DNA from: Monocercomonoides exilis PA203
Lineage: Eukaryota > Protista > Preaxostyla
DNA: 64,000 bases
Assembly: GCA_001643675.2 (NCBI GenBank)
Contig: LSRY02000050.1
Coordinates: forward strand, 372,001 to 436,000
Direction: 5' to 3'
Part shown: positions 52,950 through 64,000 of the stretch, piece by piece
How positions within the stretch are numbered: position 1 is the first letter of the stretch
Layout of the letters: each line of letters opens with the position of its first letter
Notes under the pieces: generated by a model
What the model was told of the DNA's origin: nothing
Databases searched by the model: none
What the model saw: the letters and a program-made list of their open reading frames with translations, nothing else
Translations under genes and position numbers: made by a program

Positions 52950-54146
52950 TCAGCCGATGCAAAAACACGGACAATTTGTCATAGCTGACGACTCTCACAC
53001 CTCCTCACCCATCCTCTGCCCAGCATTTAACTGCCTTTTCTGAGCACACTCCTCCTTTATGTTGTGCCTCTTATCAGGCATGCTGAACAGCCCATTCTCC
53101 CTCGCTGTCTACGCCTTTGCCTGTTTCCCCTCCGTCAGCCCCGCCTGCTGCGTCTCGGTGTCAAACGCACCCACAAACACTCAACCAAACACACGCGCAC
53201 ACTTCATCGCTGTTCTGTTGACCAGAATCTTCTTCACGTTGCCTGCTTCTACTTTTTCTTCGCTCCACAGTTCCACCTCAAATCTTTCTCACGAAGTCGT
53301 TAAAACTTTCACCGAATCATTTGTGTTTCATTCCAACAGACACTGCCATTGCACAGCCCAGCATCGGTGGATACACTGGTATGTGTGCATTGGAATGGCT
53401 CATCAGCTCCTTAACCGATTCAGATGCCTCAACCAAATCAAAGCTTCTCTGCTTTTTCTACGTTTCATTTGGCAAACATACAGATTGTATTAGCCATGTC
53501 TCTCACTTGAATCTTCATTGCATTTACGCCATTCCATATCACCCGCGGAAACAAGATCTCCAAATACTCCAGAGCCAGGCACCTCTTCATCGTTGGGCCT
53601 TTGCTGCATCTACGACATTTCGTCCTTTCAATTGGCTGGCTTCTCGGAAGCTGTCCGTTTAGCTCGTCTGCACCGTCACCGCCTGCCCATCTGCAACGCG
53701 CACACATACACATCATTCGCTGATTGCCTTGTTGGTTCAAGGCACTTCTCTTCGGCCCTCGACCAGATAGAACAGCCACAAACGCTCCGCTTTTCCGTTA
53801 GAATTCTTTTTCTTTTTCTTCTTCTTCTTCTTCTTCTCCCTCTTCCTCCTCTTATTCTAATCGCTCCACATAAATCAAACAACTTTCTTCCCCTTTCTTC
53901 TTCAAAGGCTCTGTTTTTTCCCTTAATTATAAACAAACTATTCGCTGATATTTTCAACAGCTCCACAACCCAAATCATTTCAATAATTTCTATTCGTGGA
54001 AGGAATCCTCAAACACAGATCAGTTTCGACAGATGCAGCTGCTGCTCCATTCTCATCTTCTCTTCCTCGGCCTCAGTCTTCACAAACATCTGCTTCTCCA
54101 GTTCAATAACCTCCACAACCATCTTCATCGTCGTTATTTGTTCTTC

Positions 54147-54177
<31 letters not shown>

Positions 54178-55120
54178 GAAATTCTTTCCGCAAACCCTCT
54201 ATCTGTTTTCTGTTGGACGCCCGCCTTTCTCCTCATTCCCATCACCTCCCTCTTTTCCTTTATATTCTTCTCCATCTTCTTCTCCCTTTTCTTTTCCCCT
54301 TTCTTCTCCCTCTTTGCCTCATTCCAATCACCTTCCTCTTCCTCTTCCTCTTCTCGCTCCTCCAGCACCGCCAGCACAATTGCTGCAGGTGGCAGAACCA
54401 CATCCTCCATCCTCAGCCCCGCTGCCGACAGCCCCTTCTCCACAATCCCCCCCACTTCACACACTGCAACCCCTCGCCCCATCACTTCGTGATCCTGCTT
54501 CACCACCACACACCTCGACTGCGGCGATCGCTACACCAGCAGCAATGTTATAAACAGATCGCATTCACGTCTTCCGCTGCAAAGATCCGTTTGCTCCCCA
54601 ACTTCGTGTCCACCGACGCTGCAAGCGACAGATGCGGCCCCACCAGCGGAACCGAAAGCATCGCCGAAAAATCCACATCGTGCGCACACACAACACCCCC
54701 ATGCAGCACCGCCCGCCTCGCCACAACATATCCCCGCAGCGTCTGTGGCTCCCTCAGTGACGACTATCTGTGATTTTTATTTATCTCTGCCTCCTCAGGC
54801 AACACAATCCTAAGCCGCCTCTCGATGTCGTCCATCGCTGCTGCTGATATATATGGAACTACCACCGCTGACGCATCTGAAGGGAAAATTTCAGGAGCTG
54901 ATGAAGATGATGGCTGATCATCTCCTGCTGCCTTCTTCTCTTCGCTTCTCAACCTCCAGAATGGTGAAGTTGATCTGCGTTCTTCTCCAGTTGAAGAAGA
55001 CGAGGAAGACGAAGAAGACGAAGGTGCTGAGCGAAGAAACAACTGCCGAGCTTCCCCGGCCACAAGAAGCTTTTTCAGATACACCGCCACTTCTGCCTGC
55101 AGCTCTGCATGTGACAAAAC
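52950..55120 (-). pseudogene. Family B unknown-protein pseudogene
   Basis: EVMGRGVAVCEVGGIVEK, GLRMEDVVLPPAAI, LSGRGPKRSALNQQGNQ and GLFSMPDKR, colinear with 32990-35100. Confidence 0.8.
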
Positions 55121-55251
55121 ACAACAACCACATTCGGATCACGAAGGCCAATCAACCGCGAAAGATCGCTACCATCAAGCGATATAAAGCAATTGGTTAT
55201 TATTATTATATTTGTTGATCATGCATTGAAGTTCAGAGTGAAGAAGAAGAA

Positions 55252-55289
<38 letters not shown>

Positions 55290-55301
55290 CGATGACGATG
55301 A
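55252..55301. repeat. (GAT/GAC)n microsatellite
   Basis: About 16 units. Confidence 0.9.
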
Positions 55302-55699
55302 AATTGAATACAAATCCTTCAAATGATTATCATCGATGCATACAGTATTAGCAACAGCTGCGGCTGCAAGTCGTGTCTTTTCAGCAGATTAAACAACTTC
55401 AGAAGTCGAATGATATGAGAGACCGTCAATGTGATGGAATAGAAAGATGCTGCTGATGAAACATTTTGACAGAATCAGATGAATTTTGAGTGAAATGGCG
55501 GGCGTTTTCTCTGATGGCTGTGCGGCTTTTGTGGGGAAAATGGAGGATTGAAAAGTCCATTAAATTTGAATTTAAATTCACATATATTATCCATTATGAC
55601 AAGATATGGCAACAAAGCCTTGCGAAGAGATTCCGATTGGCTGAGTGAAGATTGCGTTTGTGCAAAAGGATTTCTCACACAATGAATCAAAATTCCCTT

Positions 55700-56520
55700 C
55701 AGGTCTCTTCATTCTTTGAAAACAGTTGCTGAATTACCTGATTCATAACTTCAGGTATTTTTTCCTATTGAAAATGATGTAATTTGCTCGCTTTCATCCA
55801 GATTCAGCTCTTGAGCACAGCTGACTTTGATGCCTTTTCAACACAATCATCGTGCAATTGAATCCAAATTGCTATTATGTGTTAAAAGTGCTCAATAAAC
55901 AATTGAGAAAAAAGCTCACAGCAATCATTGTTGTGATTCCTCCATTTGTTGAACCCTGTATTTTTTGATGTTGGAGATGGCCTTTATAAATTTTCCTTGT
56001 GGACTCATTTTGCAACGAAACATGTTTTCCATGTCCTCCTGCCGTTTGTGTGCATTTTGCTTTGAATCATCAATTCTTTTTGATTTTTTGCTTTTTCAGT
56101 TCTTTCTTCTTCAACAATCCTGAAAGTCGCCTCAAATGAAAACAGAAAATAGAAAAATAAGACAAAAACCAGAATCATTCATGCATACGCACATTAACAT
56201 TCCCTGTCTTTTTTAATTTAATTCGCTTTGTTTTAAAAAATAAGTATTCTTTTCTCTTCAAGAAGTGCATTTGCCTGTTTTGCTTTTTCTCATCAGCAAA
56301 ACTCCTTTTTGGCATTTGATGTTTCCTAGACAACAAAATTGGAGGAAATCCAACTCATGGAAAAAAATGTCTCAAAATTCGAAATCCATAGAAAAATCAT
56401 TATTTTCGATGGTTTGATCAAACAGATACAAAACAATTTGCATTTCTGACCTTCTCAAGCCAAGATCATTTGTATAGGTGAATATTCATTTTTCACACTT
56501 TTTTTTAAATATCGGGCAAT
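55700..56520 (-). pseudogene. Family P decayed partner, divergent from A6
   Basis: gtttgatcaaacc block, intron-like GTATGC...TTTGAG at 56188-56131, then the TNGRRT block. Confidence 0.5.
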
Positions 56521-56639
56521 TGTTTTTGTGGTTGCAACCTTTTCGTTTTGCAAGATAATCAAACATGTTTGCATTTATCGATTTCTTTGTTAATTGCACA
56601 TCATCTGCTCGAAATCTACATTTTTTTCACGCTACAAGA

Positions 56640-58098
56640 ATGACGTTGTGCATCGATGATAAGCATATCGATGAGATTCGAAAGATTCCCACAAGAGAAA
56701 AATTTTTGAGTTTGTTCAATTTTTCTATTTTTTGTAAGAGGATTCAGCAGACTTTGCTTTCTTTTTATTCTGAAGAGTTGCTTGACGATCTCGAAAATTG
56801 CGATGAAGATGAACAAAAACAGAAACAGAAAATTGAAGAAATGAATGAAATAATTGAAAGAATGAATGAATTTGAATTTCTTTTTATTTTATATGTAAAA
56901 ATGTTCGAAAATATAAAAACAATGGTTGAAAAAAAGAAAATGTCGATGGAAAATGCAATTTTGTTGTTGAAACACATTGTGTATTACGCGACATTGAAAA
57001 GAATTGAAGTTTCTAACTTTGAGAAATCTTCGTTGAGCAAAAGAATTGAAAAGATGATTGAAAATGAAGTCAAGAAAAAAGAAAAAAAGAACGAAAATCT
57101 ACTGATTGATCTTTGCGAATGTTTTGTTTTTCTTTGCGCTACTAATCTTTCTATATTGCTTTCAATTTGTTTGCCATGCCTTCTGAAAGCTGCCTCAAAG
57201 AAAGACGAGACCGAAGAAGCTCAGAAGGAAGTGGAAATGGCGTTGCTGGCTTTGAGCAACATCAAATATTATGTATGAACATTTCTTTTTCATTTTTATT
57301 GTGTTTTCTTTTTTTCCCCTCATATCTTATTAGTTTATCGAACGAGAACTGTATTTGAAGGAAATTACAGAAATCATCGAACATCATCAGAAACACAGAA
57401 ATCTTACGCATCTGGCCTATCAGTCTGCTTGGAAATTTTTGAATTATCAATTTTTTGTTGACAATAGCTTGGAAGATACTGTTGCGAATGAGCTGCATTT
57501 TGTCGGAGAAGCAGCAAGAGAACTGGAAGAGCTGACAAGAAATGTGGATTGGAACAGAAAAAAAGGAGAAGAAGGAGGAAAAGAAACGAAAGAAGAGTTT
57601 ATTTTGATAAGATGGGTCGAAACAATCGCGATTTATTTCCTCAGATGCAAATTAGAGAATGAAGAATTTATTGGGCTTTTAAGCAGCATTGTTCAGGTAT
57701 ATCGAGCAGCCAAGGATAATCACAGCGTTATTAGCAATCTCTGCATTTCCTCCTTGAGAAATGCAGCAGAAAGGAGAGTTGTGAGAATTGAAGACTTGTT
57801 TAAAGGAGGAGCTGTGGAAGCTGTTTTGGAAGAGATCCAGAGACAAACATTGAATGAAGGCAGGACAAATGAATGCTTTAAATTCTTTATGAATGTTTCA
57901 AGGAAATTGAAAGAAAAGAATAAAGATGAAAGGGAAGAAGAGGAAAGAAAGGCAACGAAAAGGAAGATTTTTGAAAAGATGGAAGAAGAAGGATACGAAG
58001 ATATCATCATAAGCTTTCATGAAACTTTAAAGATTTTTAACAGACGATATTATTATGGACTATCGTTGAAAATTTCTGATTATTTTGTGAATGTTTGA
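56640..58098 (+). CDS. Family A gene copy A6, intact
   Basis: Exons 56640-56709, 56776-57272, 57334-58098; GT-AG introns of 66 and 61 nt; continuous frame. Confidence 0.88.
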
Positions 58099-59138
58099 GG
58101 AAATGAAATTCCTCGAATTTTATGGCTCAAAATATTTATTTTTACTTTTTATCATTTCGTGAAATTGAAAATAATCATTTGAGTATATATTTTTTATATT
58201 TTATTTTTGTTTCGCTTCATTAGATGAACAGATTGAATTTTTGAATATCCTATTTTTGTTGCTGTTTCTTGGGGTTAAGAAGTGTCTGAATGAAAAATGA
58301 TTTGCTGTTTTTCAAAGAGAATAACAAACAAATGATAATTTTCCATGAATCATTTTTGTTTCTCTCTTGCATTTTTTTACTCCAGAAAAAATGTTTATTT
58401 CTTAAAGAAAAAAGAAATGAGAAGAATATTGAAAATGAAGGAATTCATTTTTGAATTTTCACAGCATCTCATAAATGAATGAGAGAGGATAATTAACAAT
58501 TGCCTCTCTCCATCATCTACAAAGTGCAAAATCAAAAAAAGTTTGTTTTCTTTTTTTTTTTTCACTGATTCTTTCTTTCTTTTTTAAGCATTTTTTCAGA
58601 CAAATAAGAAACACCTTAAAAATAACTCATCGCTTCGATTATCTGTGTTTCTCAAAGCGTTTTATCCAAATTCGCAAATGTGAAATATTGTTAAATTTAA
58701 TTATGATAAAATACACAAAAAATAAAACTCAAGAAAACAATTAAGAATTGATAAAATGAACTCAACTATTGATAATTGGAACAAAAAACAAAAATGCTGA
58801 AATATGTTTTTTAATCGCAAATTGATAAATGCTATAAATAACGATTGCATTCCTTGCATTTTTCATAAAAAGGAAGAAATGCATCAAAAAAACAAGATCA
58901 AAAGCACTAAGAAGAAAAGAAATACCTGAATATATACAAAAACATTTGCTAAAAATTAATTTCTATCAAATAAAACAAGAAAAGAAAAATTCAAGAAACT
59001 ATTTTCAATTTTGAAGAAATTAAAAATACAGAATGAAACTCGCACTTTAACAAGATTTCATGAAATTAAAACAAGGCAAAAACAAGATAGAAGAAGTGAT
59101 TATCACAAATGATTTTTTAAGAATTGTCACGTTCTAGC

Positions 59139-62111
59139 TCATTGTTTTACATATTTGAAAGCGCTGTACTGTCTTCGCTTTTTGTTTCTTTTCACGCACA
59201 CGATACTCACAATAACAATCACCACCACAACAACAGAAAAAACGCTTGTGGAAACAATGATTACAACAAGATGTGTGGTGGGCATTGCCTTTGGATCGTC
59301 TTTCTTCTGTTTCACCAAAATCACATTTGCAGAATGCTTATTCTCTCCATTAATAATCCCACTCGAATAAGTCAAGCGACAAACAACTGATGTGTAATCA
59401 TCAACTTCAAACAAAGATGGAGGAATCCTCACTTTCATTTCTGTCTCATTTGTGTATTCAGAAACTGGGCAATTTGCCCATTTCATTTCTTCTCCTTTCC
59501 TTTTTTTGGACACTTCAAACGTAAGTCCACACGGAAACAAGTATGACCCGTGCACAACTGCTTCGATTTCTTTCTCAATTTCATTTTCTCTTTGAAGTTC
59601 ATTCTTTTTGCTGGTTTCATCTCTTTTCAGCGTCACATTCTTCAAAGAAGGAGAAAAGAAATATGAATCCATGTTCTCAGCAGCTGTTCCAGATGCTTTT
59701 TCATCAGATAGCATTCCAAATGGCTTCCCATCAAGACCATCACTTCCTGGAGACAACGATTCCACCAGAATCCCATCTCCATTGATTCTAACATTGTGCC
59801 GCAAAGATGGAAATTTCTCCCAGCCAGCATCGATTGGATGGTTGTTTATGAAACTGCAGTTGTACAAATGCAACGTAGTTGAATGAGAAAGTATTGCTCC
59901 ATCACCAATGTCAATAAATGAGCTGTCATTAACATATGCTAAAGACGATTCATTCAGAAATAAAAGTCCTGAATCCCACGAACACAACAGATTGTTCTCT
60001 TCATTCCTCTGATTCAAATGTTCCTCGTTTGTTGCATTCCGAAAAGCTCTGAGGCTGTAAGCTGCCTCATCGCTCCCACGCTGACTTTTTCGGGTGATAT
60101 TTTTGTTTCTTCCGTAAATTACAAGTTGTGAAAATTCTGTAGTAACTCGCCCAAATTCAATCAGCGTATATGGAAGTAATTTTCCTTCTCCTCCAAGCAC
60201 GTTTTCACCTTTCAAGCCAGTGAACCAAGGCCGAAATACAACATCTGTAATCTGGAAAACACATTCCCCGTATATCAAAGTTAGCGCATCTCCTTCGATC
60301 GCGTCTGGATATTCAAAATCCAAATGAAAAAATGAAAACATGCTGATTTCGTCTCCGAACACTGCAAGTGCAAAGTCGGTTTTTATATTTGCTCCAATTC
60401 GAACGGTTCCTCTGCTCTGTTCACCTTTCAATGAAAGCATTGATACGGAATCATTAACAGAAGAAAACTTTGTAACTTGGCATCCAGAAAACGGCTCGTT
60501 GACAAATATTTTCTCGATGATATACAATGACATGCGATTTTTCCAAGATTTGTGTTTGGCAACATCACTTAATTGAGAGCACGGTTCTTCTTTTCGCCCG
60601 CATGTTTTCTCGTTGCTTGCTTCTTCGCCTCCAACAAAGATGTTCACTGAATGGTATGGCAATATATTCTCTTTGTCTGCTATTAGGTCAATAATTCTTC
60701 CATCTTTCCTATCTTCGAGCAATATGTAATTCTTCTTCCCGTAAATCCCTTCCATCTCTAAATAAAATTGATCTTCATCGATCTGCTTTCTTCCTTCTGG
60801 GAAAGACAAGTAAATATATTCCCCTTTCTCTGCTGCACAATTCGTGAACTCCATATCTTTCAATTCAAGTTTCAGCGTTTTTGTGACTTCGTCTGTGGCT
60901 TGAATAAACATCGCTCCTCCTTTTGACTCGTCATTCAGATGAGCACTCAGCCTATCTGCATTCGCGTTTGCAATTCCGCACGAACAATTCGTGAAATGCA
61001 TTCGAAAAAACAAGCAAGGATGCTCGCTATTCGTTATTTCCAAATATATTGCACCTCCCAATTTGTGCTCTGTTGACCAGCAATTTGTAAAAGTGCAATC
61101 ATCAAACTTTGCAGATTGGCATCCTCCCATTATAGTCAAGACCGATTGCGTTTTGCTTTTCGTGGTGATCGAGTCCAATGTCATGGCGAAAATTTCAATT
61201 TTTTGAGAGGCTTCAGCAAGTATCAGTGCACAGGAAGATACAAAATGTGAAATCTCTATGCTCTGAAACATCAATTCTCCAGATTTGCATTCAATAAGCA
61301 CGCAGCTCAGCTCATTCCCAGTCTCTATATTGCTGATATTCGTTTTTTCCAATTTTGTTTGTGAACCTTCTCCTTCCACAACAAGTAATCCTTGATTTCT
61401 TCCACTTTCTCGTTTTGTATCCACGCAAATATCGGCATAGCTAATGTATAAAAACCCTTTGCCTTTAACGCAAAACAAGGCGTCACCATTTTTCACTTTC
61501 TTTTCGTCTAAAGCTGTTGTTATACCAATGGCATTTTGGTCTCTGTTCTTCAGTTCGATGTGTCTCCCATCAATTATAATTGGCTCGGTATCGAATTTAT
61601 TGCAGCTTTCTCCTGTGTGGATCAATAATTTTCCTTCAGGCTTACAATGCTCCACTGCCTTTTTAATAGTTTTGCATGGTGTATTCCCTGATAGTCCACA
61701 TTCTTCGCTGTCAACCCCGTTTTCTCCATCAACTTCAACTTCATTCTCTTCATTGAGTTCCATTTCTTTATAAGTAATTTCAGAATGGCATTCAGTAATT
61801 CTTTTCTCGTTCTCTTTTCGCAAGCTGACATCGTCCAAATTCAAAAAAGAGGTTTTTCTGCTCAAGTGTTCAAGGCATCTTTCGTGCATTTGGTCCATGT
61901 TTCCTTCATCGTCTTCTATTATTTCTTTACGTTCGTGTAAGCGTGCGGTAGAATTAAGACTCAGACAATCAATTCCTTCACATGCACAATTAACATTTCT
62001 CCAGAAAACCGCATCCCCCTTTTCTCTTTTTGTTTGCATGTCTTCATCTCCTTTCTTTTTAATGCAATTGATGTCGTAGACACAGCAAAAAATGCTCACA
62101 AACAAAAACAT
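59139..62111 (-). CDS. 990-aa type-I membrane protein with GGA-repeat beta-helix/Cys-rich ectodomain
   Basis: Single ORF. Hydrophobic N-terminus; CGLSGNTPCKT, GGAIYLE, GGAMFIQ, CGRKEEPC, CSWDSG, FPSLRHNV and GSYLFPCGL motifs; TM LVVIIVSTSVFSVVVVVIVIVSIVCV; 17-aa basic tail. Confidence 0.9.
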   Translation of the reverse strand: MFLFVSIFCCVYDINCIKKKGDEDMQTKREKGDAVFWRNVNCACEGIDCLSLNSTARLHERKEIIEDDEGNMDQMHERCLEHLSRKTSFLNLDDVSLRKENEKRITECHSEITYKEMELNEENEVEVDGENGVDSEECGLSGNTPCKTIKKAVEHCKPEGKLLIHTGESCNKFDTEPIIIDGRHIELKNRDQNAIGITTALDEKKVKNGDALFCVKGKGFLYISYADICVDTKRESGRNQGLLVVEGEGSQTKLEKTNISNIETGNELSCVLIECKSGELMFQSIEISHFVSSCALILAEASQKIEIFAMTLDSITTKSKTQSVLTIMGGCQSAKFDDCTFTNCWSTEHKLGGAIYLEITNSEHPCLFFRMHFTNCSCGIANANADRLSAHLNDESKGGAMFIQATDEVTKTLKLELKDMEFTNCAAEKGEYIYLSFPEGRKQIDEDQFYLEMEGIYGKKNYILLEDRKDGRIIDLIADKENILPYHSVNIFVGGEEASNEKTCGRKEEPCSQLSDVAKHKSWKNRMSLYIIEKIFVNEPFSGCQVTKFSSVNDSVSMLSLKGEQSRGTVRIGANIKTDFALAVFGDEISMFSFFHLDFEYPDAIEGDALTLIYGECVFQITDVVFRPWFTGLKGENVLGGEGKLLPYTLIEFGRVTTEFSQLVIYGRNKNITRKSQRGSDEAAYSLRAFRNATNEEHLNQRNEENNLLCSWDSGLLFLNESSLAYVNDSSFIDIGDGAILSHSTTLHLYNCSFINNHPIDAGWEKFPSLRHNVRINGDGILVESLSPGSDGLDGKPFGMLSDEKASGTAAENMDSYFFSPSLKNVTLKRDETSKKNELQRENEIEKEIEAVVHGSYLFPCGLTFEVSKKRKGEEMKWANCPVSEYTNETEMKVRIPPSLFEVDDYTSVVCRLTYSSGIINGENKHSANVILVKQKKDDPKAMPTTHLVVIIVSTSVFSVVVVVIVIVSIVCVKRNKKRRQYSAFKYVKQ

Positions 62112-62657
62112 ATCGCAATATTCCGAAATTAAAATTATCCTTTATGATCATAACCATATATTTATTTCAATTTTTGATTTTAATTTTTTCGAAAATAAAA
62201 ATTTAAATTAAAAATTTAAGAAATTTAAATTATTTGCTGTTTATAGAACTTTGTGATAAGAAAATATCTCATTCTGAAAACACTTTGAATTGAATTTCCA
62301 AAATACTCTACATAAACAAATTTTCTTGTTTTTTTATTTCAAATCATAATTGAAGAAAAACAATATTTCATCAATTTATACTTGAAATATCTCAATGATA
62401 AAATTTAAATATTTCAATTTTTTTAAAATTATATGGTTAGATGATCAAAAGAAAAGATATTTGAATCTAAAGTTTGAAAGGGATATTGAATGAATGAAAG
62501 GAAATTGATTTCATGTTTTATTTATTGGAAAAATATAAATTGGATTATGAATTTTTTCCATTTTAACTTTCATAGATAGAGAGAGATGTTTGCTTTGGTT
62601 GATTATTTTGTTGATTGATAAGTTGAAAGCACAATTATTGTTATTTAAACTCTAAAA

Positions 62658-64000
62658 ATAGATAATATTAATGCTGTAGAGGGAAAATCAACAGCTGAAT
62701 TGCGAGAGATTCCTCTTTCAGAGAAGTTTTCGAGTATATCTGATTATTTTTATATATTTTGCGTTCTTAATTGTTTTGAAAAGAATTAATCCGCCTGTTT
62801 GATAAACTTTCTTTTGGAGAGCCGAGCCGTATTAGCGATAAAATTTGTTGTTTGATTGACAAAATGAATGAGGAAGAATTAAATTCTTTTTTTGCGAAAA
62901 CTGTTTACGAAAAGATTGGAAATATGTTTGAAAAAGATGAAATTTCTTTGAAAAATGTTTCATTGCTGCTGATATGAATGGGACGTTGCAAAGTATTGAA
63001 AGGAATATGGAATAACAACTTTGATGATTGTTCATTATGTAGAAAAATTGAATGCCTGCTAACTGATGAAGCACAAAAAAAGGAAGTGAACAATGAAAAG
63101 CAAATTACTGATCTCTGCAAATGCTATCTATTATTAAGTGATTTTAATTTTAACGTTTCGAAGGAACTGATGATTTTTATTGTTCCTTGTCTGCTGAAAG
63201 TTTCGTTACAAAAAGAGGAAAGTGAAGAAACACAAAAAGAAGTTGAAACTGCCTTATTGGCTTTGAGTTGCATTCCTGAATTTGTGGTATGAGCATTTTA
63301 ATTATATGGCATATGAATATGGGTGATTCTTTTTGAAAAGTCACAAATGTCTAATTTTCATAAGAATCAAAAATTTCATATATAGCTATATATTTTGTTA
63401 ACAAGTGTCAAACTACACTTTAATGGAATCTATTTCTTGATAATGCGATTTCAAACATTTTTGAGGAGATTTGTGAGCTGAAACAGAAATTTGAGCAAAA
63501 TATGAAATTTTTAAAGTATTTGAGAATTAAACATTTGTGACTTTTCAAAAAGAATCACCCATATGTTTATATTTGCATTTGTTTCATCATAGTTAATCGA
63601 TCCGGCATTGTACCTGAACGAGATAACCGAAATCATCCTGTACCATCAGGAGCATCGTAATCTTTCGAGACTGGCGTATCAGTCTGCTTGGGGCTTTTTG
63701 AAGACCAGGTTATTGTTGGGAGGTGGGCTGGATGGTTTGCATGCGAAAGAGATGCATTTTGTGACTGAAGCAGCAAATGAACAAGAAGAGCTTTCATATT
63801 GCGTTGATTGGATGAAAAAGGAAAAACGAATTATGGCGAACGGAGAAGAAGAATATGATGACGATGATGATGATGAAGAAAGAAAAGAAGAAGAGAAAAT
63901 TTCTGTTATTAAGCGGTGGCTGATGACGATATACATCTTTCTCTTCTTCTTCCAGCTGAGTGACGCAGACGTGCTGATGCTGACAAGCAGCGTGGCCTGT
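62658..64000 (+). pseudogene. Family A gene copy A7, divergent pseudogene, runs off the window
   Basis: ATA at the expected start, intron 62734-62783, in-frame TGA at 62975, intron 63287-63592, then LIDPALYLNEITEIILYHQEHRNLSRLAYQSAW. Confidence 0.85.
63321..63560. mobile_element. 240-bp MITE with long TIRs and ATAT flanks, inside intron 2 of A7
   Basis: GGGTGATTCTTTTTGAAAAGTCACAAATGT is a perfect 30-bp inverted repeat (38/40 extended); ATAT flanks both ends; no ORF. Confidence 0.9.

Overview
AT-rich, intron-containing eukaryotic DNA. The gene families, 45-75 nt GT-AG introns and GA/TC microsatellites suggest an oxymonad such as Monocercomonoides; that assignment is inference. The window is an accessory region with no recognisable housekeeping protein gene. 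It contains: (1) seven dispersed copies of a three-exon, ~430-aa alpha-helical gene ('family A'), whose segments appear shuffled between copies and six of which sit head-to-head with a decayed, intron-bearing partner ('family P'); (2) one intact 990-aa type-I membrane protein with GGA-type beta-helix/Cys repeats, plus five broken paralogue fragments; (3) three DNA-transposon superfamilies within 16 kb: a pogo/DDE_1 transposase with an intron, a 7.2-kb hAT element with TIRs enclosing a host-gene fragment, and a 1.5-kb Merlin element with TIRs; (4) a 240-bp MITE inside an intron; (5) three decayed copies of another unknown gene ('family B'); (6) a solitary 5S rRNA gene; (7) a ~2-kb segmental duplication and long microsatellites. 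All comparisons were made by eye.
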